A stretch of 62,948 nt of DNA, counting the filler, from Choristocarpus tenellus KU-1152 (lineage: Eukaryota > Protista > Phaeophyceae), in NCBI GenBank assembly GCA_964200185.2. It is 8 parts of 8 records of this genome, joined end to end, with 100 filler letters (N's around TTAATTAATTAA, not from the genome) between each part and the next. Parts side by side here need not be neighbours in the genome. Positions count along the whole stretch, not along the records: positions 1 to 29,674 come from CAXNAD020000102.1; 7 more parts are not named here. One strand, given 5' to 3'. The notes beneath the pieces are model-generated. The model did no database searches and was not told the DNA's origin. It was given only the letters and a program-made list of their open reading frames with translations. Each line of letters opens with the position of its first letter. Within the stretch, counting starts at the first letter, position 1. Both the position numbers and the translations under genes were made by a program. Below, one piece after another: positions 12,801 through 27,700 of the stretch.

Positions 12801-15800
12801 AAAAATTGTGTCTACAATTGCTAGTACTTTCAAGTAAATGTTAACCATATGTAAGTGTAAGTATCAGTGGTAGGGATAGGAAACTATCAAGATCCTACAC
12901 AGGCTCCCATACCCTCTCACCAAAGTGTTCCATCTGTTCTCAGCTACCACTACCGCCATTCACTGTGTCTCAGACAGCCCCTCCCAGCATTCAAGTATAA
13001 AGTATTTGGGGTGGACAAAACGCTAAGTGTCACAATTCACCCATATATTTGAGGGGGGCTTTCTGGTCTAGTGGACAGATATACCAAGAACAGAATTTTG
13101 AGTCCTACCCTGCCACTATTTTTAATGTCTAAATATTGGAGCTGTGTATCGAGCTCAATGTGGGTGTTCAGATTATTTCATCAGGCTTGGGGGCCTGTTA
13201 AGGGAGGAGACCATGGCCCCTGATTCTGCCTCCTTTTTGAGCAGTATATGCCACAACGACCATGGTCAACACTGCAAAACTCAAAATCTAGGCTATGAAC
13301 CCTTATAATGTGGTAAAATTGTTATATCAATGCACAAATCAAAGCACAGAGGTGTTATGAGAGGTATTATTACCATTATATCTACTGCAGTGTTACTACC
13401 ATGTATTGTGCGATTGATGCGTGTTACTACCATGTCCGAGATGCACAGCTCTTGTAGACACCCTAGACACCCTAGACACCCTAGACACTCTAGACACAAT
13501 TGTTTCACCGTTAGTAAGACTAACAATACAGCTTGCATTAGGATACTGTGTTAGGTTCATCCAACCCCCCATCGTTTTTCTCTCCTCACCTCTTCCTCTC
13601 AGAGACAAACCAAATAACAAATCACCTCACCAAATATTCACACACTGCACCTTCAACCCCTAAATGTGATAGCTCTTGTGCCATCTTACACTTGCAATCA
13701 CCAAGAGTTTACAACTAGGAGGACCAGGGACAGGTGGAAGTATAAACACTTGAGTCACCTTCGAACAATATCACTGAGGCCAACTGCAAGTCCAGCCGCA
13801 CAAACCACATGCACAGTCAGCAGCAGAACTCCCACCCACCAAAGTCTTGATCCAGTTGTTCCTGCTACTGAAATGTAACCTCCAGCTGGAAGTGTATCAG
13901 CACAATCCAGGATATGAGGTAAGGCATATCTTGAGGCAGAGATGGCATCATAATTATATGCAAGCATACATAAGAAGCCGACTACCATGATATGGTACAA
14001 GACACACTGTCGAGGTTGAACATCTCCAAAGCCTGATACACTATACACTGCAAACTATGGCCTCCAACACCAGTGACAATGCACAAAGGTATTATTAATT
14101 ATAGAAACAAAAGTACAAGAGAAGAACATCTAACCGTAAACCTCAGCCAAAGGAATAGCTATCTCCTGCCAAAGGGTTCATGAGCACATCCACTAGGGTT
14201 CATTGTGTAACTCATGGTGTTCTCACCTTCATTATAGAATACTGATACCAACATAGCACCTGCAACACACACTAAAATACTCGCCACCTTCAGCTTGGAC
14301 ATTTGCTCAGCTCCAAAGAGCCAGCAGAAGCACTGCAATGGTTAGCAACACAGGAACGGGGATGTAATCACAATTGGCGAAGATATAATGCAGGGAATAC
14401 TTGGGAGTACCGGAAGACCGGCACTAGCACTAGCACTAGCACTACTGCAATTTCTAGTATTATACAGCCGAACCAGATGAAATCACCTCCTTCGGCATAG
14501 ACAAATCTGGTGCCTAAAGATCTATGGTATTCACAAATGGACCGATTTTTCTCAGGTATATACAACCTATTTGCACTCTCATTTCTCAATTGACACCAGA
14601 GGCAAAGTACCTATATGTGGGTGCAACAGTTCTTATATCCAATAAATGACCTTAAGGCGAAATTTTCACGTATCTCTTGACTTACCATAAGGCAAACATC
14701 AAGCAAAAAGGCACTCAATTCATTGAAGGCATTCTCATTTGAAGTTTGCTATATATTTATATTTATATATATATTTATATTTATTTTCACTTCAACACTT
14801 CTCGGAACAGGAGTTGACTTTTGATTTGCGGCAAACCATACTCTATGAGGGAAACCTACAGACTTGATTTCTGCCTTAATCTAGTCATAACCTTTAAGTA
14901 ATGCGGATGACTACAACCACACACAAAAAAAGTAAAGATGAAGCATTTGAGAATTTAGCATGGATTACACCCTCCACCCTTGCTAAGAGTTGACCAATAA
15001 GGCGTCTCTCTCCACAGTTTGTATGTGCTTCATTTCTTTTCACACACAGTGCATGAGGTGAACACATTGTGAGGATTGAATTTCCTTTCCACCCCATTTC
15101 CATCTGCGATCCAACAGTAACTGTCTCATACACTCATTTCCTCCTGCAGGAGGAAGATCCTCACACACATAGTTGACTACAGTAGGTACTATTAATAAAA
15201 TGGCTACCACACCAATAAACCCTAGCTGTATAATCTGGGTTGCCCTATGCACTTGTTCTGAATAGTGTTAAGTTTGCTGTAAGTGTAAATCAGTGAAAAG
15301 GTGAAAATTCACCATTTTAACGGCTTGCCAGATACGGCAACTGTGATACCCACTTGTCTGTACTTCCTACCTGATAGCAATCCAATCCAATCCAATCCAA
15401 TCCAGAGTACAAAATAACTCCGTGCAGTCAGAGAAAAATACCCTTGTATCCACCTAATTTCATTAATTGTAAGAGACAACCAAAACCTCCAAAATCAGGT
15501 GGTCATGTAGACGCCTCTAACGACGAAGTGAACCCAAATTGAAGACTAAGGACAGCAGCTTAATCAAACTGTCACCAGTTGGAAGTTGAGTACTTCACTA
15601 TTGGGAAAGTTGAGACCTTCTGATCTGAGTAATGGAAAGTGCTGGGTTAGCATTATTTTTTCTCTTGAGATCCGACTTACCTCAATTGCAATAACAAGGA
15701 ACAGCTCAAATTGTATTTTCGTTACATTCAAGAGACCAGATTTTACACAAAAACAAGAGTTGTAAGTATTTGTAGGCAAGAATCTTGCAAAATAAACAAA

Positions 15801-16925
15801 TAGGGGCTAGTCTATTAGCTCAGCACCTTGAATTTTCTAATACACCAGTAGTAGAGTATAAGAAAAATAATAGATAATAGTGTACTGTTGTGAGAATAAA
15901 ATATGAGCATAGGGTGACAAGATGGAATGTTTGTAATTGTGGCAAAGTTCTAGATTCAACAAGTATTGCCATACATTCTTCTCTACCAAGCCTACTGGAG
16001 CACAAAACGATATAACGTACTATGCGCTTGCACCTCCTTCAACCTGACATAGCTCTTGTCACATCATTAAGTTTCCAACCAATTTCAGTGCCAATTCGAA
16101 AAATTGTACAGACCCTGTCAAAAAGACCCGACATTTTGATCTCCACTCACCACTGTGGCCACAGGGACACACAGCTGACCAAGTGCAACAGCTCCAGCAT
16201 CCACGTACTTAAGGGCCTCAATAGCACCAACGATATTTCCAAAACCAAGCGCACCCTGTGGAAAAACAAAACTGTTAGTAGCACCAGTTAGGCGCTAGCA
16301 ATAACGACAGGTTATGCTTTCAGTGGTGGAATCCCCATTTTGGTACCTAGCGTAGAGCGAACAAAACTGGACAAGCAAGGATGGGCATATAATATTTAAT
16401 CACCAGTATGATAATCATGGGTGTGTCAGCTCCTCGAGGTAACAGGTCCCCCTTGTTCCAGTGCGCAAACCACAGCATTGCCGGGACAGCCACAAGCTGG
16501 CGCTCCAGTGTAAGAGCCAGAGAGTTTATGCCCTAGTAAGGAATCGGCAAGACAAACAATAAAGACAAAAAGTCGTAAAATGACAAAACCACCCTGTAGG
16601 CCTTGTAATATCCTTGGCAATTGCAGGGAAATGGTTCGCTTTCGAAAACTATGCAACCTCCCTCTGCCAATCATCAAAAAAAGGATACGATATCACAGCG
16701 CTTCAACCACCCCACCTCTTGTAATGCAAGCTCTGCGACGAACGTCCAACCCGAGAACGAAGTCCAGGCTAGCAGAAGCACAACTGGTGTGCCAATAATT
16801 TTCCATACCCACCCAGTACACCTCGAAAGACGGGTTCTAGGTTCATTAGTACTCTGCAAATCCTCGGGAGATAGCGGGGAATCAACCCACCAGGCTTCAC
16901 TCTCGAAGCCTTTGTGGCTCTCCAT
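9885..16925 (-). CDS. EamA/DMT superfamily transporter (WAT1-related-like), about 9-10 exons
   Basis: Hydrophobic exons join in frame: LLLAWTSFSGWTFVAELALQE|GINSLALTLERQLVA...|GALGFGNIVGAIEALKYVDAGAVALGQLCVPVATV|CFCWLFGAEQMSKLKVASILVCVAGAML...YHPASVTAWYYIVG...WAIARLPASVV...RPLLTALLALWIHNDKLG...VGSVMIGVGL. The start codon and the junction near 13900-14050 are uncertain. Confidence 0.85.
10292..10450. repeat. 29-bp tandem repeat, ~5.5 copies (AAGTAGTACATTTATAACTATTATACTAG), intronic
   Basis: Near-perfect head-to-tail copies with no spacers. Confidence 0.95.
13455..13497. repeat. 9-bp tandem repeat (TAGACACCC) x ~4.5
   Basis: Visible directly in the sequence. Confidence 0.85.
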
Positions 16926-18711
16926 TATTCCGCCCTCGCTCCCCTGAGCTTCACGAACAATAAGCTCCGACAGATCTTTGGGGCAGGGTGGATGGGGGTG
17001 ACAAGTAAGAGGGACTGATGGAACTGTCGGTAGGTGGGGTGAGATGGGTCGAGGTGTACGTACAAAGAATGAAGTAGACATTGACCGTGTGTCTAATCTG
17101 CATGGTCCGACTAAACACTTCGCACTGGAGTAATTAAAACCAAGGTGGTAAATATTTTCGTACATGCCACTGCCACGCCTGTTTGATGCAAATAAGCCGA
17201 GTGGGAAGAGTGATCTCCCAACAAGGGAGTTCAAGAGCACTGCAAACCCTAAACATTCATAAGTACAAGATAGTACTGGTATTTTAGTAGTTGAATACCT
17301 CAGTATCTGAGGAGATTGCAATACCTGTAAGGATGGTGTGCGAGAGAATATATAGAAGGAATGCATTTCTACTAGTCTTCCCACCTGACTATGTATCCTT
17401 TTCGACCATTCCCCCTGCCAAAAACAAACGACACCTTTTCATTGTCTAAGTAAACTCGTAGGAGTTGGACCAAAACTTGACAAAGAAAGGACACAAATAA
17501 TATAATATCTCTACTCAAATAATATCGTAATAATAGTGATATGTAGACTGATGGATTCTGATTGGTTGGAAGAAACCAACAACGTTGTATTTTTGTGTAC
17601 ACTTCACTATAAATAGTAAAATACAGATATCAAGATAAATATATCGTGATGGAAAGTAGACATCACCAAAACACAAAACTGGGATTAGTACTAACGTTGT
17701 AGTAGTCATACTGAGTGGAGAATCCAAACAAGTACAGAATCACCTTAGTTCGAGGCAAGAACGGGAGGTTGTGACCGGTTGTGACCGGTTTCAGCTACAT
17801 TGTGGACAGCTTTCGCCAAGTGAAATCCATTGTTTGCTGGTTTTGTTTTGGCGGTCTGGTGAGAGGAAGACCATCCCATGTAAGATCGTTCTATGATAGC
17901 TCCCCTTACCGAGTGATGGACAGCCATTTTGACCCTGGACCAGCATGGGTTATAAAATTTGTCCTCAGTCCTCTTGTGGTTCATTCTAAATGACGGAGAA
18001 TGACACAGCTTAAGTCACCAATTTTGACATTCGACCCATGGGAATGTTTTCAATATAGAAGGCTGAAGAAGAGGTCTGTGCTTCCGAGCAGATATGGGAA
18101 TTGCCATGGCCATAGCCCCCCTTGAAGTGACTAATCCACCACTGCAAATTTTGTAGATTTATCAGCGTGATGTTGGTGTAAAAGCATGTATGGATGGGCG
18201 GAGGAGGTTCTCAGTCTGTGAGTCGTTGAAATTGAACTGTTGTATTATAAACTGACCTCCTAAGTGTTGACAGTGAAAGATTCGCTCCTCGCATCAATTT
18301 ATCCTAGCACAGAATGTGCATGACTTCCCAAGCATAGATAGTTGATAGTAATGTGGATATTTTAAACGATTTTGCATTGCAGTGAGTTGCCACCTTTACT
18401 CCTCGATCAAAGTGGGTTGGTATAGGGAAATGCACATTTCATCATTACCGCTTCCCTTTTTGTTCTTGTTTGCCGCATGGTTCAGCCACTTATGATATAT
18501 TGTTTTGCTTCCAATTTCGATGTCCCCCCTTCAGATGACGCTATCATGTTCCCCTGCCCTGAAATAAAATGCCATCTCTGTTTCTTCTATGTGTGGAGTG
18601 GCAGGCATGCTTGAACAGTAGTGGTCGCTCGGGTTGCGGACCTGGACTAATCTCGCTACTACATTAGAGTATTTTGACGCCTGCCTGTCAAACAACCTGA
18701 GGCATTGTCTC

Positions 18712-21700
18712 ATGTATTGTGATTCAGAACGTGGTTTCTACAGCCGCTGGGCTGCTCTTGCTGCTAGCTTTATCGTCAATGCCTTCAACTTGTTCAGGTG
18801 ATCTGTTCTGCCTCCAAAGGTGCTGTTGAAATGTACTCAATCCTCGGATATTCAGCGAAGTCTAGCATATCAATATCCTCCACATGTTCTTGGTTTACTC
18901 TATCATATCCTTCCCGCAGCTATGCATTTGGACTCTTCTCTGACACCCTGAAGAGTGATTTAGGCTTTTCCCAGCGAAGCATTGATTTCATTGCCAGTGT
19001 GGGAGAGCTGGGACTGTGGTCAAGCTTCTTTGTAGGTGAGGGAACAGATACACTCTACAGCAGTTTGCCTTTGCCAAGTTGATACAAACATGAACACAAG
19101 TGAGGGCACACAAGACCTCACACCCACCTCTTGCAGATGTAGATGAACTGAAGTTTAGTTTGAAGTAGAGTTAATGCAGGAATTTCCTGATGGAAAAAAA
19201 AAATCAAATTTGGGTTACAGATAAGGCTACCCTCCTCTTGTGAATTGTTTGAAGTCTCCCACCTCCACAGAGTTTTTCACAATTTGACCATAGAAATCCA
19301 CATTTTGCTGTGTTTACCTCCGCAGGCCTCATGCTGGAGCGCATGACTCCTCGACAGGTCTACATTGTTGGCAGTGGAGCAACCCTTGTTGGTCTGGGTT
19401 ATGTGGCTCTAGCCACGGACAAGGCAAGACATGTTGATATGAACTCTCTGTTTACTATCTCTTGCAAAACTTGACGCCCACTTACTTTTGGGAACTCAGT
19501 GTCGTTGATATCTGTGAAAGGAAGTTATTACCCTCAAATGTTCTGTTGTTTCACAAGTTGTGTGTTGGAGACCTCCTAGCCTTTTTGATGATGCCTCATG
19601 CGAGTAGGTGTAATTTGATGATGATTCGCATGATGATCCGCACCCAAGCTCTTCCAGTAGTATAAAATGTCATCTCTGCTGCCACATCTCATGCTTTGTT
19701 GAACAGGTATTGTCTTCAAATCCTACATCCTTTGGAATGATGTTCTTTTTGGCCAACTTTGGTACGGCGTGCTTTTCACAGAGTGCACAGGCCATTGCTG
19801 TACAGAACTTCCCAGCAAAAGATAGGGGCAAGGTAATAAGACCTGCCAGCAACATTTGCATGATCTGTCCTGTAGTGTACCAGAAAGGGGGCTACACCAC
19901 TGAAATCCTGGGTGTTTCCAACGGTACTGTTGGTAAACTGAAAGGGTCGGTCTTATGCATGTTTGGCGGTTGTGGTCGTGTGTACCCTTCAAGTTTGCCT
20001 GGAACCAAGAAGACTATTAGCAGCACATTGTGGACTCCTTGGTCTTTGATTAGACTTCACTAAGAGATACAGTATCACTATTTTGTTTCTTTCATACCTA
20101 CAGGCTAGGCAAAAGCACAGCATGTGATCTTGTATTGTTGAGAATTTACTCTTGTTAACATGAAAAACATGTGCTTCATGAGCTTCAGGCTGGGCAATTG
20201 CGGTATATTATGCGTGTAAATACACACCCAATTCCTCTTGCACTGACACTTCAGTTGAAAATCTTCACAACAGGTGTCAGGGATCATCAAATCAATTTTT
20301 GGCCTGAGCAGTGCCGTACTTGGTGTGCTGTACATTGGTCTATTTGGTGGAACTGGTGTGGCCAAATTCCTTGAAATACTGAGTGTGGGAGTGCCTCTCT
20401 TAGGTGTCATCTCCATGATACCCCTGAATGTTGTGCCACAGAAACACCTCTCATACATGCTTGAGATATCTCAGGGGGTGAGTGACCTCTAAATCTGACT
20501 GTGAGGAGCCCCCAAGCAACTAAATGCCAATGCAACTGTTATGTGTGTGCTATTAACATTAGTGCCACCACTTGTAGTTGACGTAAGTCAAGGTGTGATT
20601 TTTCAGGAAAATTTCTTGACAACATGAAGATGCACTCCTCGTCCTTGGATGGACAAAAGTATTCATGTTCAGCCTAGCACTCAAGTTGAATCTTGCTCCT
20701 GATTCCCCTCTCTGACAAACCCTTCCTTGCAAAGGTGTCGCCTGTCCTGGTTCCATTCTACATATGGTTTGCAGTGCTTACCTTTTTCTTATCTGCTGCC
20801 ACAGTTCTGAAGGGCATTGGAGTATCACTACCAACCCCATGGACTGGTTTTGCTGTTCTTTTTGTAGTTGGCTTTTCCTCGATACTGCCCCTGTTCTATG
20901 GTCGAGTATTCTTCAGAGTAGCCACCCTGGAACATGATGCTTGGCACAGTGATGGACAAGTGGGTGGATCCAGCGAAGACTCAAGGCTTCTTGGAGAGAG
21001 CAATGGACACTTTGAGCTGGAGGGTGATACAACAGTTGGGGAGGAGTCCCTGCCCTTGTTGGGTGGGGCATTGGAAGAGGTTGGGGACAATCAAGGACCA
21101 TATGCAATCCTGAAAACCAATCACAACCTTACATGGAAGCAATGCCTAAGGGTGAGCGATTTTTTCTTGTATGCATTGTACCATCGTGAGTTAACTCACC
21201 TGTTTGCCACAACCCATTGCTTTAGTAATAGGGACAAATCATCCAAGTCTTGAACCTCATAAGCTGTAGAAGTGTGTAAGTCATTTTGTTGGTAAGTAGT
21301 AGTATTAATGTTGTATCACTCTTTACTGGCCCACAATTCCTCTGTTCACAATTGTGTGCAAAGTGTAGATATGAATGACATGAGAATACAGATGTCTAGA
21401 ATTTGTACTAGTAGTTACTAATGGATCATTCAACAAAAAAAGTATTGAACTAGCTGAGTCACCCACTGTTGTGATATCTCCAGGATTTGAACTTCCATAT
21501 TGAAAAAATGCAGTACATAGAATTATTGGTATGTTGATTGATGATAGATTTACATGAGATGTTCTTGTGTCTGTGTCAGTGTGGAATTGATTTGTGCCAC
21601 ACATCTTACCAAGATAATTGTGTGCAATTCATGGATTTTAAAAATCCCCTTGCCCTATGACAGGGTATGTATCATTTAGTGGTATTTGTGCTGCACAACT

Positions 21701-24450
21701 AGTGGAGTCAGCTTGTGCAGAGTTGATCACAGTCTGTGGTTGTGGGCAAGACATGTACAACCATGATCTATGGCATGAGTCACTGTTAACTGGTATGGTC
21801 ATTAGTCTGTAGAGTTCAATCGGATTAGACATCTGTGAGAGGGTACAGTGAGTAGTTTCAATCAGTATATTATTCTCTGTGTAGAATATGCTACAACCTC
21901 AACTTGGTCCATTCTTTTGTTGAAGTTAACCTACCCTCCCTGGTCCTTTGGCGGATGCATTTCGCACTGTGCTAGATGGAGTCACCAGTGTCAGTCATGA
22001 AAGGAGGATGTGAGACCAAGGAAAAATAATCAATGTATTGTTGTAGTTTCCAGTTGTGTTGTTAAAACTGCCAACCACTCACCTTTTTTCTATTTAATTT
22101 CGCATTTTTTGTTCAAAATTGAATGTGTCATTGTTCCCGGAAAGACACCTTGAGTCAGTGGTGGCCCACCTGAGTAGGCCAGAATTGCACTGCTCCCTCA
22201 AGGGATGAAGACTACAGTTTTCATGCACTATTCCCGTGAGATAAGGTGGCATATTTTCTACAAATGATTGTAGAGCTTTATTACAGAATCGTGTTACTGA
22301 CACTTTCTAGAATACTAGAATATGCTGTCCTTAAGCACATATTACAATATTTATTTCTTCCTGCAAATTATATATGCTTAGTTCATAGGAATCGTTCATT
22401 TGTTTGTGCTGGGCAAATTTCATTGGTCAAGCACATTCTAGGCTTGGGTGAGGACTTCAGACTTGATGAAGATGACAGCAGTGTTGTGCTTTGAGCAGCG
22501 AATGTAATGCGGTTCATGATCTGGAGGCCTATTGGCACTCGAAGGATTTTGTAGGTTTGGGGAAGTACCCCTCATGGTGTGGGATTAATTTAGTGTGCTG
22601 TTTGCCCCCTACAATGTTGATCTCTTGCGGAACTTCCTGTCCTACAAGTTCTGTTCCATTTCATGGACTTGAACATAGACTTACACCTGTGAGAGGTGTT
22701 TGGTTTGTGTGCAGATTGCCATAGTTCATTGCTTACCCAATAGCCCAACCATACCCTCTGTTCAGGATAAACGCTTCTGGGTCCTATATATTGGGTTCCT
22801 CTGTGGGGCAGGTTCTGGCCTGGTAGTTATCAACAATGTGGCTTCGTTGGTGGACTCACTTGGTCTTGAATCAAGCAGTCTCCTGGTATGTGAAGTTAGG
22901 AAATAGTTCAACACGGTACATATAGTCTAGCTGATGCTGGCCATTTATGTCCAGCAGAGAGTGTAACACTTACAAAACACATCATACTGGTGCATACTGT
23001 GAAGCAGTCATGTGCCTAAGAGATAATTGATTCATTGTACTTTTGCCATTTGATATTGTGCTTTGCAGCCATGCCCCTCTGTTCCTCTACTTTTGGTGCA
23101 CAATAGTTTCAATTTCCCAACAAATTTTGGAGTGATAGTTTCAATTTTGTGTGTGTTTGCTGGATAATCCTCTGCTGCACTCCATGATTGCGTAATAACC
23201 TCACTTAACAATTTATTATTGAACTCATTAGATATTGTAATCTGGGTGTATGAATGTGTCTTCACATCAAAACTCCTTTCTACAGTTAACTTGTCCTCAA
23301 TTCAAATGTACTGCCTGGATTTAGTCTTTCTTGCTACTTCTCTAATGTGTTTTATGCTCAACGAAGATGTGTATGGGACTGCACTTCAACACCAGGTCAC
23401 CATGCTTGGGATTGCCAGTGCCATAGGCCGTATAAGTTCTGGCTGGATTTCTGATCAAGTGGTTGGGATGGGCTTTCCAAGGGCTCTTGTTCTATGTGCA
23501 ACACTCCTGACAACCTGTCTAGTGGACTTGTTGCTTGCTGCAGGGTAAGCACAAGCTCTCTTGAAGTGTCTCCCATTCATCTTGGTTGTATGTAGTGATA
23601 TCTCTGAAGTGCAGCCGCACACAATTTCTTTTTAGGTATTTAAATGGTTTGTGCGAAATGATCTCTTTGTATTCTCCAAACACTACCCAATAACCTCACC
23701 CCTACCCCCTGCCTGGCTGCCAGCTTCACCCAACTACTCTATTTTCTTTGTGTGGCAACGGGCTTCTGCTACGGGTCCATGTTCTCGCTTGTGCTAGCAT
23801 TGACGGGTGATATGTTTGGAGTGGAGCACATTGGAACAAATTATGGGCTCCTTGACCTTGGTGAGCAAGGAGTCGTATTATGATATGAAGAACCTCTGAG
23901 AGCATACTCTAGAAGCGTTGTTCTCCTATTGAAGCATACACTGGGGCAGTTGTGATGAAGGCAGCACATTCAACACAGATCATGTCTTCAGAGTGCTGTA
24001 ACCTATGCCTGTATCTGACATGACAGCAAGTATGCCATACTCTACAGTATATTACAGTAGACCTGCATTGTACTGTACTTTTCTTGGGCTTACTCTTAAT
24101 CTTGTGCAATACTCTTGAATGTTAATGTTCAACTGTTTTCGAAGTGCTGACAAATCAAAATATTACCTGTTGTACATGTTTTTTTCGTTGTTTGTAATGA
24201 TACACCTCTTGTCCCTCTACATCAAGGTCCGGCTGCAGGATCATTTATCTTTGCCACAGGCATTGTCAACATCTTCTATCAGAATGCACCAAATGGAGAC
24301 GACTGTATGGGAGCCCATTGCTTCCGTGGAACATTCTTCGTTACAGCTGGCTCGTGCCTTATTGCATGTATTCTTGTGTATACAACTGTGGTTCGGCCAG
24401 GGCTCAGAGCATGCCAAGTCAGAGGAAGGGGAGGGGGGCATGACAGCTGA
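18712..24450 (+). CDS. Major facilitator superfamily transporter, nodulin-like/NFD4 type; 10 exons
   Basis: Spliced protein: SRWAALAASFIV...YAFGLFSDTLKSDLGFSQ...NFPAKDRGKVSGIIKSIFGLSSAV...FWVLYIGFLCGAGSGLVVINNVASL...GRISSGWISD...GFCYGSMFSL...MFGVEHIGTNYG...GPAAGSFIF...CMGAHCFRGTF. These are typical nodulin-like MFS motifs. Confidence 0.93.
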
Positions 24451-24701
24451 CCCGAATCATGCAGCTGATGATTCTTTTGACCCAGAATGTGCTGAACTAA
24501 TAATTCACATGCGCACTGCTGGCTTCTGGGTGGACTAATTCAAAGAAATGCTGATCGCAGTCTATTTTTGAGTGTCAACATCGTTGGTTCAGGTCATGGC
24601 ATGTGTTGTGGATGCATTCTACATTCTTTAGAGACACCAGTTTATATAGCTTTTACACAGTGGTTGTACCAACATCAATAAGAAGGAAAGGTTGTTTCTG
24701 T

Positions 24702-27700
24702 TTAGCAGACTCTTGACACTTGCCTTCTCATCTCTCTGAGGTTGTCTATGGCATTCTTCCCCCTAGCCAGTGGCTCTAGTGACAGCCATTGATGTCCATT
24801 AAACCCAGAATCATATCTTTCACTACCTGTATCTATTGTGCATGCTAAAGGGGCCATCTCCTGTCGAACTTGTTGGATAGCCTCAAGCCTTTTTCGTGCA
24901 GAGCCAATGGCAGCACCTGTGAAGTCCCCATCACAGTGTGATACCTTTGAGCTTGTTGTGGTGAAGGCGCCCTTATTCATTTGAATATGGGTTGGTGAGC
25001 ACCATTGCTGTCTGTCAAAGTTCCTTGAATGTGACTCTTCATTCTTTCTTTGTCTGGTGCGGTATTCCCTTACACGTGTTGCTGCATCAACAAATCTCAT
25101 CTTGGGATGAGGTATAGTTGAATTTGACCAATGTGGATGTGGGGGTGCTGAAGATGAGATATGGATGTTTGATACACCTACAACTGGGTAACTTGGCACC
25201 CCTGGACTTGAAAAGTTGTGAGTTGGGATTCGATTGGTTTGTCCTGTAGGTTCTTGGAGTTGTTTATTATCCACACCATCCATCTCTCCCACTTGAGTAC
25301 CCTGTATTGCTTGAGTAGGAACACCATCCCATGATATTGACTGGTTTCTATCTGGATTTGCTCCACCCTCCATGGGTGGTTGATACTGTGGAGATAGTTG
25401 GGCTGTGTAAAGGTTCGTTGGAAAGAGTGTATTAGAGGTATTGAAAAGATTGCTTTGTGGTAGCCTGTTTTGCCCAAACCATTGCTGCCTGGCATTAACA
25501 GTGGGATGCAAGTTTTGGCTGTTCATGTTGTAGCCATTACTTTTCTCATTTGCAAGTCCCATGTCCATTGGGCCAAACTCTGTTCTTGACAGATGGCTAA
25601 ATGGGGTGTTATCCAAGTGACCAGCATTATCTTGCTCAAGCCCAAGTTGACAGTCTATTGATAACTCTTCATCTCTTGTTTGTTCTGTGTAGGATGAAGC
25701 ATTTTCTCCTAAAATATCCAGCTGCTCTTCCAAAAGTCTTTCTGCATCTGCATTGTCCTGAGCCACCTTCCTCTCAGCTTCAGCTTCTTTTCTTTCATCT
25801 TGCATCACATCTGCATCACTGTGTTCAATGGGTTCCTAAGGAGAGAAATCCAGTTCACTGGTTGGTATGCCTGTTTTGACTTTTGTTGAAATAACCTCTG
25901 TATTGCCAAAGACAACTCCTATTTATAGAGCTTTAGAATCTACCCAGTACCAAATAGAATATATATTGAGGGGTTTACAAGAGGCCCACATTCCATCAAC
26001 TTAATGGCTCTATTTTATCTTCATTAGAGAGGATGGATTAGGCCTTTGCAGGTACATGTGAATGGAAGATGTGTCAATCATTGATGCTTGTAGCTGTGAC
26101 CCAAGTGCGTGGTGCTCACCTTGCCTAGTCGTTTCTGCATCGAAAGCATGGCCACCTCCAGCTCCACTCCTATACATTCCCCTGCTTGCTTCAAGGTAGT
26201 ACCATAAAAAAGTGAAGCTTGAGGTACAATGATTGAAGAGGGTGCATCAAGACTTGATTCATCCCTACTTCCCCACATCGCCCTGGTTATTTTCCATGGA
26301 AGAACCATTGAAGTTCCTTCTTGAGAGTGTTGGAAACCTTGTTCCTCACTCTTTGTCCTGTCACATAATGCACCCTGCCTGCACATGGACGTATGTACAT
26401 TCGCTTCACCAATTTGGTTGAAGGATGTGCAAGGTCTCATTGGATGTGCAATATTTTTTCCTTTTGTTAACATAGTACCAGGGTTGTTCACCTCCCCAGC
26501 TGCAGGGTTGACTTCCTTGTAATATCTCGCAAGATTGTTTTGTTCAATATTTTCTTTGTTGGTCTTACTCTCTTCCCAACCATTATTGTGGAATTTTGTT
26601 AAGAATTCTTCGCCTGAAGATTCACATGTTTGCCCGACCACATGGGCACTCAATTTGGTGGATGGTGAACATGTAATGTTTCCTGGTGCTCCTCCTTCTG
26701 GAAGCTTACCCTCACTGTCATGCTCACACAATGTTTCACCATCAGTAAGATCAATTTTTCCATGTTCAAGATCCTAATATGTTCATGGTGATAGATAGGA
26801 TGGAAGTGGGAAATAGTTAATAAAGCGTTCAAGTACTTTGACTTTGGATAGCTTGCAACACAACAAATGTAAACTGAGGGGGCCACCAGATCCTAGACCC
26901 CTCATCTCTAAACTACATCAACATACTTTGCAACTCCTTGCCTGAATGTCTTTGACCCGAACTTCCACAGCTTCTATCAGCCCTGCCATTTGTTGTGCAA
27001 CCATACGCTCGCCATGAATACCATCTTGTTGACAATGGTGTATGGGTCCATCCAGGATGCTGACAGGTGGCGCTCGGTGGAGGCTTGAGCACCCACAGAT
27101 TTCTCCACCAGGGAAATGCTGGTGCCACTCCCCCTTATAGCTCTTCCCTTTGTCCCTCTCATACCAATCCACAATATGACAGGCATCAACATACGGTGTA
27201 GACAATAGATTTCTGGCAAAGTCCTGCCCAACATGAACAGCGGTGTCCTGCTGATGGTGAACACCATGACCAGAAGCTTCAAATGCAGCAAATGCTGCTT
27301 CTTGTCGCACCTGGGCACACAATCAGGGTCACTTCATGACAAACTGTTGATACATATGGCTCATTTGACCATCATTAGTTGGCTGACAATGATCTTGCAA
27401 TCTATATTATTGAAGCTTACGCTGCAGACACGATCTCATGCCATGGCAAGGTAAGCAAAACTACTGGTAAATAGCCTAAGAGAGGTATACTGGTAGTGCA
27501 TCTCCTCACTTGTTCTGCTATCCTCTCTGTTTCCTCTTTCTTCCATGCAGTTTTCTCATCCTCAATTGCCGATTTGGCCTTTATTTCAGACTCCTCCCTT
27601 GCCCTTGCCAGTGATGTAAACTCAAAAAGTTGTGCCTCTAGGTCATGTGCAATTTGACCCAAGGTAAGTGTATGACCTGCAAAGGATCAGGTCATTCTTG

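Noticed and set aside
16926-17384. N-terminal extension of the 236-aa ORF as part of the EamA protein
   Set aside because: No transporter-like character; ATG 16925 gives a normal-length protein, though an upstream start is not excluded.
19585-19640. Cluster of TGATGA boxes suggesting a C/D snoRNA
   Set aside because: No well-placed CTGA D box with a terminal stem.
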